Positions 41,106 through 52,489 of a stretch of DNA of 64,000 nucleotides are shown here, one piece after another. Made by a program: the position numbers and the translations under genes. Location of the stretch: the NCBI GenBank assembly GCA_010093815.1, contig ML996568.1; one strand, given 5' to 3'. This DNA is from Pseudovirgaria hyperparasitica (taxonomy: Eukaryota). The notes under the pieces were generated by a model, which made no database searches, was not told where the DNA came from, and worked only from the letters and a program-made list of their open reading frames with translations. How positions within the stretch are numbered: position 1 is the stretch's first letter; each line of letters begins with the position of its first letter.

Positions 41106-41136
41106 TTATTAGTTAAGGGCAGCCCTTAACTAATAA
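41106..41136. promoter_or_regulatory. 31-bp palindrome, copy 7 (2 nt upstream of the probable ORF1 ATG of LINE C2)
   Basis: TTATTAGTTAAGGG-cag-CCCTTAACTAATAA; minus strand continues cc-ATG-GCG-GCC. Confidence 0.55.
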
Positions 41137-44100
41137 AAGGGGGTCGGCGTATCGGCGTTTATTAGATATAGTCCATACTCGTGTTATTAAAGAGTCTTTA
41201 AGCGTATATATATAGTGTCTCTATATATCGGTATCGTCGCGTATTATACGCTATACGTACACACATGTATCGGAGGTTATTATACTCGGTGTACTCTATC
41301 GTTTAATGTATGTAAATCGCTATTTTACCCTGAATTAACTAGTTTAGTCCGTTAGGGTGTAAGAAGTTTTGAAACTATATATAGATCGAACTAGATATCT
41401 ATAACTCTATTACTTCTATATTTTACTATTTAGCTTAAAAGTTTTCTATTATACGCTAGACGCTAGTAATTTTATATTTCTTATACTCTTACTAGCCGCT
41501 TATAATAATAGCTTATATCGCTACTAGAGAACTTAGTTCTCCTAGGGCATTAACTATTTAGTTATAGATAAGTTAATTAATAGGCGTTTAGAAATCTACT
41601 ACTACTTAAGATAGTACTTAATTATCTTATTACTAACTATCTACCGCCCTCTACTCTAGAACGTTCCTTATAAAGTAGAAGACTAGCTACTAAGCCTTTT
41701 CTACTATAGTAGTTAATAAATTACCTAGTATTATAAGAGGCGTATAACTCGTTTCTAAATAACCTATTAATTTAAGCTTAGTACCCTTTAACTACCGGGC
41801 TCTCTAGGGCTTTCTTAAGCTTATTAGACTTAGTTAATTATATAGTAAGCTCTAGTACGGACGCTACTATATCCGACCGCCCTAAACATACTAGTACTTT
41901 AGTAGAATATACTATACTACGTTAGGTAGATATAGACGCTAGTAATAGTAGTATACTAGCTAGGGCCCTAATAACCGATAATAGGGACTTTATAGTAAGG
42001 TAGTAAGCTATAATTATAGCTATAATCTAGTAGGCTCTTACTTAGCGGGTGGGTAGTTTATAAGATAATAACTAAAATCTAATAGATAGTAGTAAAAACC
42101 TACCGTTTAATGATAACGAAGACGGTTAAGGGTTTAGAATATAAGAAATTAGATTCTTCTAATCTAACTTAGATTATAGCTTTAGAAATAGAGATATCGT
42201 TTTTACCGGTTAGAACACGTATATATATAGCATATATATTTTTCTTAACCGGATTAAAGACGCTACTACGGCTAGAGGAACTAAAACTATTAAGTTAAAA
42301 ATCTCTTAGTATCTATAAGGATATACCCTTAAGTAGTTTATATTAGGTTTATCTAATCTTAAGAAGAAGGCGCTCCGTTACTTATCTAGTTTAGACGCCT
42401 AGACTACGGCCTTAATTAAGTAGTTTAAGTAGCTATTATCTAACGCTCTATCGTCTCTTATAATATAAAGATATACTCTCTAATAGGCCCGCTCCTAAAC
42501 TAATATTACTTTATATATATATACTATAGCTTACGACTATAGTACCGTATAATTATTAGGCTCTTCTAGCTAAAACGCTTAGACGTTTATATAGAACGGC
42601 ATTAATATCCTTCTTTACTAGGGTCTATCTCTACTAATAGAATCCACGTCTCTAGTCTAATTTATATAAACTCTATAGATAAAACACGAAGAATAGTACT
42701 AACTTATCTACTATTATCTTAGGGGTATATAGCGCGGTACTTTAAGTTAATTTACTTAATAAGAAAGAGAAGATAGTTAATATAACGGCTCTTATCGCTA
42801 TAACTTACCTTAACCGTTTAGTAACTCTTAAGACTAGGGCTAGTCTAATAGCCGTTATCTTATAACTAATTAACCCGATTAATACTATAACTTATACTAG
42901 CCCCGCCCTCCGTAATAGTTCTAATAAGGGTTAGAAGATTTAGATAAAGGCGGTTAAAAGGTATTAGCTAACGTATATTAGCTACTAGCTATAACCGGCG
43001 CTTCTATAGGTTATTCTACCGGTCCTAGAATAACTAATAAGCCCTATACCAGCTAGCCTCGGTCTCTTAGTAATAATAGATGATTTATCTAACCACTATA
43101 ACCGTTCTACTAGGCGTATAATATTTAGAAAGGATTATATAACCTAGACGTTAAAGACGCTTACTATATAGAGATTAAAGAAGCTTTCTTCTATCTTAGG
43201 CTAACTAATACGGATACTATTAAACTTATATAGTTTAGTAACGAAACCAGCCTCGCTAGCCTTAACCTACTACCTAGTAATATTAACGAGAGCCTACCTT
43301 CGTAGTTTATAGTATACTAAGTAACTAATATATATCTAGTATACTAGATCTAATATAACGTTTATAACGAGGTATTTCTATTATAAAATAAGCTATTTAG
43401 GTACCTTAAGAATAGAAAGTACCTTAAGATAATAGTAAAGGCTAAGGTTCTCCTATATAATTATATAGTTCTAAGATTAGATATTATATATTATAATATC
43501 TAGGGTAACGTAGTACTATTATTAGTTAGTAACCTACTAGATACCGGCTAAGTATATAAAGGATTATACTATATCTAAGTTAAGGCCTTACTTCGTCTTA
43601 ATAGCCCCGTTAAATATATCTATCTAGATATAGAAAGTATAGTAATACTAATTAACTAAGCCTTTCTTAAATGGTAGAACCCTAATACCTAAATACTTAT
43701 CTAACTAGCTATTTCTATTTAAGAAGTAGAGGGAGTTAAGCCTATAAAGTCGACTAAGTTCACGGTTATTATACTATTTCTTCTAGGCTAAACGTCTAAC
43801 GGTTTAACCGCTATAATTATAAAAGTAATATACGAAGTATATATCCTTAACCGTCTATAGATAGATCTCTTTCTTAGAACTAATGTTATAGTATCTATTA
43901 GAACTTAGCCTTAGATAGGACCTAACCTACACGTACCTTAGCTAATAGGGTTAGAAGGTAACGTAAAGGGCGGTAAACAGTCACGTACTAGATAGATCGG
44001 CGTCCCTTTAGATATATACTCTCGGATTCCTACTAAAAGGGTTCGGTAGTAATTCATTCTATAATAGAATACACCCTATTATTCTATCTAACTATACTAC

Positions 44101-47100
44101 TATCTAATAACCCTATTCTTATATTCGAATTACTCCCTATATAGTACTATAGTTAAGATAGTCTAACTAGAACCGAGAAGGTCGACACGATCTACTATAG
44201 GGATAAGTAATACTATATTAAATAATAGGGATCCTCTATAATCGGTATTAATCCCGGCCGTTTCTAACTAAGAAGTAGAAATGTTAGACTGAATTACGGA
44301 GCTTTTAGATAAAGAAATAGTAGAGACACTAAGTAACTTCTAATAATATAAAGCTAGATAACGAGTCGTGGCGGAGCTACGTAAGATATTATAATAAACT
44401 ATCGCCGAACTTTAGGAATACGTCGCGAATTAGGCTCGAGAGATTTAAACCCTTAAAGAATAGGTAGAACGCGTGAAACTCCTCGCAAAGAGACGAGAAC
44501 TTAAGGAGTCTCTTAAAGAACTACGCCGAACGATAGTAGGTGGACGACTTCCTATACTAATTCAGGCGGAATTAGTTCACCTACTATTAGAGTTACGATA
44601 ATCTACCGTATACCCGGCCGCTTCGTTACCGATTTACCCTACTCCTTCCCTAGGTATACTAAAATCTAAAGACCCGACTATATTTATAGGGAAGAACTAA
44701 AAGGAGTAGAAAGACTAGAAGAGAGACTACGAAAAGTACTTCCTCGATAACCCTCTACTCTTTTCTACTAAAGTATAACGCATTTCGTTTAGAGAACGAT
44801 ATCTAGACTTATAATCCCGCGATTAATAGGATAGATAGAAGGAAGTATAGCTACTATCTACGATAACCTAGGAATATTTAGCTATATTTATACTAAACAC
44901 CCTCGGAACGGATGGAGAACGTAAAAGAAAGGCACTATCTAAGTTAAGAAGCGTGGTATAACGACCGAACTAGACACCTACTTAACTACTATAATACCTC
45001 TAAAACCTATAGAATAATATCCCTACGCTATAGGAAAATATTTATATATTCTAGTTTTATAAAGTACTACTTCCGTTAATCCGCGAAAGACTAGGAATAG
45101 TATTATTAAGTTTTAACTATCGATACGAATTAGAGAAGAAAGCTAATAAACACTACTATATCCTTAAGGAACGCGGCTCTCTAGGTAAAACCGACGAACC
45201 CTATACGGGTTAGAAACGAGGTTAATCGAATACGTTTAATTAAGAGTAACCTTACCGCGATTAGCGCTAGAAGAGCGTAAATCAGGGTAGAAACGCGTTA
45301 AGAGGACACCGAAATAATTAAGGCGGTACTTCTTAACGCGGAAAAGGATAAGGTATAGGCTTAAATATAATACCTATCGTAAAATAGTAGGATTATAGCG
45401 CACTTCGTTACTATAAGTATAGAGAAATAGGATATATTTCGCCTAACTATAAGAATCCGAAAAAAGAATAGACTAGTACACGAGACCTAACCGCGTCCTT
45501 AGCTAAATTATATATACTTAGGAGGAGCCGTAGCGCCTTCCGGCGAGTAAAGACCTAATATTACTAAAAGTATTATTACCCATAATAAATGGTAATAAAA
45601 CTATATAGGCTCTCGTGGATACTAGTATAGAAGATAACTATATTTCGTCGATTCTCGTAAAGGAGTATAGATTATTATATAATCTTAGTAAAGTTAGCCG
45701 AACTATCATAGTTAATAGATATAAAGTTAGAACTTTAGGTAAAGCTATAACGAATTACGAAGTTCATAACTTAAAGATAATAAAATAGTAGATGTCTAAT
45801 GAATTTATCATGGCTAATATTAGCTAATAGAATATAATTCTAGGGATGCCTTAGCTTAGAAGCCTAAACCCTATCCTTAATTTTTAGAAGGAGATATTAA
45901 CGTTCCGATAATACTATAGTAAATTATACTAGTAAGTCGTAACTATTAGTAAGGAGGCATGGAACCTTGCTATACGGACCCGATCGTCGCTAATCTATCT
46001 TACGTTCTTATTAATTATTAATAAAGATAAGGATAATAGTAATAATCAGGGCGAAGACACGCTACCTAACGTATATTCGTAGTATACGGATGTGTTTTCG
46101 GTAGGAGATACGTTACTTCTCCCTAATCACGGGCTATATAAGCTAAAGATCGAGCTCGAAGAGGGAGTAGACGTCTCTTATAGCCTACTTTACCTACTTT
46201 CGAGACTAGAACTTAAAGTTCTTTATAAATATATTAAAGAATACCTCGAAAGAGGCTAGATACGTTATAGTATATTATTAGCCGGCGTATCTATTCTCTT
46301 CGTAAAGAAGAAAGACGGAAGTTTATATCTATGCGTCGACTATTAGGTACTAAATACGGTGACTAAGAAGAATCGTCACCCATTACTACTAGTTAGTGAA
46401 TCTTTAGACTAATTAACGAAGGTAAAGTACTTTACGAAGCTAGATTTATAAGATATATATTACTAGCTTCGAATTCGTCGCGGAGATAAGTAGAAAACCG
46501 CATTTCGGACTAGATATGGTTATTTTAAGTATACTATTATACTATTCGGGCTAATAAATGCGCTAGAAGCGTTCTAAGGATATATTAACACTATACTCGT
46601 AGGATTACTTAACGTGATTTACGTAGTTTATCTTAATAATATACTAATTTACTCCGATAGCATGTAGAATTATAAAGAATACGTGAAATCGGTACTAAAT
46701 CGTCTAAGGTAGTATAAACTCTACGTAAAATTATCTAAATGCGAGTTTTACTAATAAGAAGTTGGGTTTCTTAGCTTTATTATAACATATGGCGGCCTAA
46801 AAATAGAGCCGGAGCGTGTAAAGACTATCATGGAATGGCTAGAACCTACTACTACTTCTTACGAATTACGGCGCCGCTTAATAAACTTATAGAGAATGGC
46901 GGTAAAATCCCTATTGGTGGGCGAGCATAGCGTAAAGCTAAGTTAGTCGAGATATAGTTAACGCTAGAAGCGCGAGATACATTCCAATCGTTAAAGAATT
47001 ACTTTATAACTACGCCGATTCTTAGGTATTTTAATCCCGAGAAGTATATTTGGGTTAAAACTAACGCGTTAGAATTTATAATTACTAGAATTATTAGTTA

Positions 47101-48802
47101 ACCGTATAAAGATACGAAAGATAAGGTATAATAGTACCCGGTCGCTTTCTTTTCCTATAAAATGGCGGATATAGAGACGCGTTATAATACGTACAACTAG
47201 GAACTACTTATAATCGTTAAGAGTTTTAAGTAATAGCGATATTATTTAGAAGACTCTATATATTAGATCGAATTATTATCGGATTACGTAAATCTATATT
47301 ACTTTATATCGACTAAGGTCCTTAATCACTAATAAGTACGTTAGGCTAAGTAGATATTAATATTTAACTTTAAAATCTTATATAAAGCTAGAAGAGAGAA
47401 TAAAGCTAATCCTCTATCGCGGCGTAAAGATTATAAGAAATTATTATAGAATAACGTAGATAGTTAGTATAATTTAGACTATGCTATACTTTAGATACTA
47501 TAAGACTAGTTATCTAATAGAATACTAGAAGCTAGGATACTTTCGGCGATTCTCCGCGGGAATTAGAGCGGGTATTAAGTAATCTAAATAAACGTCTAAG
47601 AAACTAAGAAAACCCTTAAAGACTTAATTAAATCTACCTAGAATTCTAATATATTAGTAAAGAAAGTTATAAGTATAAAAGGAAGCACTATAGATCCACC
47701 ATAGTTATTAAGGTAGGAACGATAATTAGACGCGATCTACTTCTAAGGCCGACTCTACGTGCCGGAAGGCGGCTTACGAATTAATATTTTAAGGGAATAG
47801 TATGATTACGCGTTAGTAGGGTACTTTAGCGTTATAAGGACGGTCGATTTAATCCGAAGAACGTACGACTAGCCGGGTCTTTATAAATATATAAAAGACT
47901 ACGTAAAAACGTATAACGTTTACTAGTATATAAAAGTATATAGACACTTACTATATAGCGAATTAAGGCTATTACCTATGCTAAAGAAGGTATAGAAGGA
48001 ATTATCGATAGATTTTATTATAGATCTACCCCTAAGTAAGTATTCTAGGTATATTTATAATAGTTTACTCGTAGTTCTAGATAGATTTATAAAGATATTA
48101 TACTATATCTCTATAAGGAAGACGATCTAAGTACCGAATCTTATAGATATACTACTCCATAACGTAGTCCGGCTCTATAGTATACTAAACAGTATAGTTT
48201 CAGATAGAGGTCCATAGATAACGTCTAAATTTTAGAAGGATTTCTACTATACGCTAGGAATTAAGCGGAAACTTAGTACTACGTTCTATCTATAAATAGA
48301 TAGATAGACGGAGCGGTAGAATTAGATAGTCGAGGCATATTTACGTATATATTATAACTATAAGTAGAATAACTAGATAAGGTTAGTCTATATCGCGGAA
48401 TTCGCGTATAATAATAGCCGATATACATTAACCTACGTAAGTCCGTTCGAAGTAAACTTCGGTTAGAACTATAATATATAGTTCTTAGGGACTTAGTTTA
48501 AAGTAGAACGACCTAACGTTAAAGTAATAGAAATTACTATAGAACTATTCTAAATATAAAGAAGTGTTATAAAGTTACTATAAGATACTACGGATTATAG
48601 TAAATCGCACTATAATAAGAGTAGAAAACCCATAATCTTTAATGTTAGGGATAAAGTTTTACTAAATAGTAAGAATATTTATAGTATTAGGCTAAAGAAG
48701 AAGCTTAACTATACGATAATAGATCTATATAAGATTACTCGTGTAATTAATAACTAGGCGTACGAGTTATAACTCCCTCCTACGTTAAAGATATATAATA
48801 TA

Positions 48803-49403
48803 TATAAGGAGGCGGGCTCCACGCACCAACCAACTACACCAAAAGGACCGAATCTTAAAGCTACTACTTCAAGGGTGGAGTACACTACTTATATACGACT
48901 ACTATATACATGTATAATTAACTAGTAGGCCACGTGCTCCTCACGTGCCTAATATTATCCCCCTTTTTAAAGGCGCGTGTCCTTACGCGTCGTAGGTATA
49001 CTACCTTACGAAAGATAAACTAAACTAGCCGTAACGGGCCTAGTATAAACCATGTGCATATATAACCAATACTCGCAATGCCGCCTCCAGTACTAGACAC
49101 GCTAACTTACCGTAGTAACGTTACTACCATGTCATCCGTCACGTGCATAAAGTACACGTAACGTGGTAAGCTAAACGGAATCGTGCGAAATTCAATAACG
49201 GTTAACTAGACCGAGAGTTAAACCCGTGACCCCGTAGTAGCTTTAAGATTATATAAGGAGGCGGGCTCCACGCACCAACTAACTACACTAAAAGGACCGA
49301 ATCTTAAAGCTACTACTTTAAGGGTGGAGTACACTACTTATATACGACTACTACATACATGTATAATCAACTGGCAGGCCACGTGCTCCTTACGTGCCTA
49401 ACA
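48803..49403 (-). mobile_element. TRIM-like non-autonomous LTR element H, 601 bp
   Basis: 152-bp direct repeats 48803-48954 and 49252-49403 (ends ...cctaaca); 5-bp TSD atata; PPT complement ttatccccctttt at 48955; 297-bp core with no ORF-track ORF. Confidence 0.9.
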
Positions 49404-50133
49404 ATATATTCTATATTACGCTTCTTAAGCTATTTCATGTCTTATCGTTACCGGATTATTCTAAATAGATACTATATAAAGTAGTTACGTAAGAAGGTAT
49501 AGATATCTACGAAGTTAAGTAGATACTTAGCTAGTAACGCGCTAAAGATGGTACATAGCTATATAAGATTTATTAGAAAGAATATAATCCTAATAAAGAT
49601 ACTTAGGAACCTATAATAAATATTAGTAAAGTAGCGATATTAGTATATAAGTAGCGATTAGCAAAGAAAGCCGCGGAATTATAGAGAATTATACTAAAGT
49701 ACGGCGATTTAATATTTTTTAGTATAGTTTAGCGCCGAGGACGGCCGCCTAAAAGAAAGAAGGTAAAAGAGATATAGATCTTTAAAATATTCTAAGGAAT
49801 TAAGGAACTTCCTTAGAAAGTTCGAACTTAGAACTTTAAAAAATTTAACTAAAAAAGAGACTTAGAAAAATAATTTACTAAGAGAAATGGACATCGAAAA
49901 TCGGTGCCGATCGGTATAGATCGGTATAGATTACTAAAGAGATTAAAGAAGTTATTATTAAAGAAAGATAAAATTAAGAAAGCTAAAAGAAAATATAAAA
50001 ATCTATATAGATCTATATAAACTCGTACTAATCTATCTAGAAGAAGTAAGATCGCTTTAAAATTAAAACCAAAAAACTAAAAACGCTAGATAAAAGAGAT
50101 ATATTAGTACTAATTAGTATAGATCTAAACTAA

Positions 50134-51115
50134 TTAAGTCGGAGTAGGAGTAGAAGTACTAATTACCGTGATAGTTATATCTCATTCCTTTCGCTAGTTC
50201 TTATTTAGTATAGTATAGAGCTTTATAATATAAGTCTCTAGCCTTTCGTTCTAATGCTATAAATTCTATATAGCGCGCCTTATAGCTATAAACTCCTCTA
50301 TAGAAACCTATAGAGCGGTAGAACCCGGGACGGAGAGGGACGGACCGGCGCGGGCACGCTAAGAATTATATAAATTAGCGAAAAGATTTAACGATCGGTA
50401 TAGAACCATATACCTTTAGTATAGAAACTTCTAGATTAGAACTATCTTCCCTAAATTTACAGCTCTTTAGCACGCGCGAGAAAGGAACCTTAGCCTTTTT
50501 ACTAGAACCTTTTCTAGGAATTTTAATATCGCCGGTATATAGAAAGAAGTCCGAAGTAGTAGAGATTTTAGTACTATTATAGAGATTAATATATATTAGT
50601 AAGAATCTATAACGATTCGAGAAAAATAATATTACCTAGTAATCGCGGTAATAATAGCTATAGTAGATTCTAATAAATCCTTACGGATCTTATTAGAATC
50701 GTACTCCTAGGCGTAACCCTTACCTTAGGTATATAGCTTATAGAAAGCCTTCTCTAAGGCGTTATAATCGGTAGTACTACGCTCCTTATCGGTAGGGGTT
50801 ACTAGAGGCCTAGTAGTAATCTATACTGATATAAGTAAATCTATATAAAGTTCTTCGAACTTACTTAAATACCTATAAGTAATAACGCTTCTTAGTTATA
50901 TAAGTACTATATATTATAGATTTAGTACTACCGTGAGTAATATACGACGGAAAGTAATAACCATAATAATATATAGCTAGATTATTAGAGCCCGGCCTAG
51001 GTTAGGGTAGATTAATGGCTTTCGATATATCGGTAACGTATACGAGATAGAGATTATTCGAAGGCGCCTATTTCCGTACTAATTACTTTAGAGCATCGAG
51101 ATTTCGGGAAACCAT
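50134..51115 (-). pseudogene. Antisense accessory gene of family A (A3 copy; ATG retained at 51115-51113)
   Basis: Homologous and colinear with 23126-24107; ATG GTT TCC CGA AAT CTC GAT GCT is intact. Confidence 0.6.
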
Positions 51116-52489
51116 ATTATAATTATTACTAATTTATATAGATTATTATAAATTATACTATTACTAGCTAAGGACGGCATGAAAATTAGTAAATTATATA
51201 AATCGTACTAAATTATAGTAAATCTATATAAATCTATGTCTATAAGAATCGGGTGATATACCTAATAATCTAAAAAACTCTATAAAGAGTTAAGAAGTTT
51301 TTTAAAGAAAGGAATATTTCTAAGAAAAGATTTTAATATAGGTAGTACCCGGGCTTACCGAATTAGATTACGTGATACGCTAGGCCTAATTAGATAATCT
51401 CACCTATATAAGAAGTTAGGATGGATAAAATCTAGTTTATTAGGAAAACGCTTATATAAATCTTAGATCGGTGAATATTGGTAAATATCTAAGACGAAGC
51501 GTGGAGAATAACTAAGGTCTTACGAGACTTAGGATAGAGATATAGAGATAGGTAATAATCTAGGTTACTAAGGATAGCTTCCTAGAGGGAAGGGATAATT
51601 ATTAGGACTTAGCCTTAGGTAGGACCTAACCTATATATACCTTAGCTAATAGGGTTAGAAGGTGACGTGAAGGGCGGTAAATAGTCACGTGCTAGATAGA
51701 TCGGCGTCCCTTTAGATATATACTCTCGGATTCCTACCGAAAGGGTTCGGTAGTAATTCGTTCTATGATAGAATACACCCTATTATTCTATCTAACTACA
51801 CTACTATCCAATAACCCTATTCTTATAGTATCTTAGAAGATAGATATCTATATAAGTACGTATATAATAACTATTGGTATATATAGCGGGATTACTATAC
51901 TAACCTTTACTACTACTATTTAACTAGTAGTATACTAGGGAGTAACTATTTTATAGTATACCGTCCTCTAGCTATAAATACTTATACTAGTCCTAATTAT
52001 AATCTATCGCTAGCACGAGTTAGTCGTAGAAGATTATATATTTACTCTAATATATATAAGTATAAGGCTCGGTTAGAGCGGAGGCGTCTATATATATCTT
52101 ACCAACTAAAATATAGTATATATATTTATTATAAACTATGGATTTAGATTAGTATATATAAATAAAAATATAAGACTTAGTATATTAATAGACGAAATAG
52201 ACGCCCTCTATATATTTTAGACTAAAGTAGTCCCTTTAGATAGTATAGAGGAATTATCTATAAAGCTTACTTAGCTTAATAAAGTTAAATAGATAGGTAT
52301 ATTTAGTATAAAAATTTACGCTAAAGATAAAGCAACTACCTAGATATTTAATAAGATTATCTAAAGTTATACTACCTTATTTTACGATACTAGACTCGTA
52401 AATATCCTAGAAAAAGACTAGATATATATCCCCCTAGTAAGTAACTAGAAAACGCCTAGTATAAAGCTAAGCTACCGTATCTACCCGTT

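Larger units (their letters stand above)
24820..41370 (-). mobile_element. Tad1-like LINE, copy C2, split by Gypsy D (pieces 24820-26962 and 38401-~41370); 3' tail displaced by A2
   Basis: Colinear with C1 from its 3' region to its 5' end; KAPGLDGILN (~26870), LLGDFNLYH (~39260); probable ORF1 ATG retained at 41103-41101. Confidence 0.92.
43896..51827 (+). mobile_element. Ty3/Gypsy chromovirus family A, copy A3, with both LTRs (43896-44123, 51600-51827)
   Basis: 5-bp TSD gtatc (43891-43895, 51828-51832); colinear with A2 except a ~58-bp deletion at ~46855 and TRIM H at 48803. Confidence 0.95.

Noticed and set aside
10666..41136. Palindromes as CRISPR repeats or bacterial terminators
   Set aside because: Eukaryotic context; copies are kilobases apart with no spacer array and no cas genes.
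46850..46865. ~58-bp deletion in A3 pol relative to A2 as a spliced-out intron
   Set aside because: It removes a conserved RT/connection segment and shifts the frame; ordinary decay is the simpler explanation.
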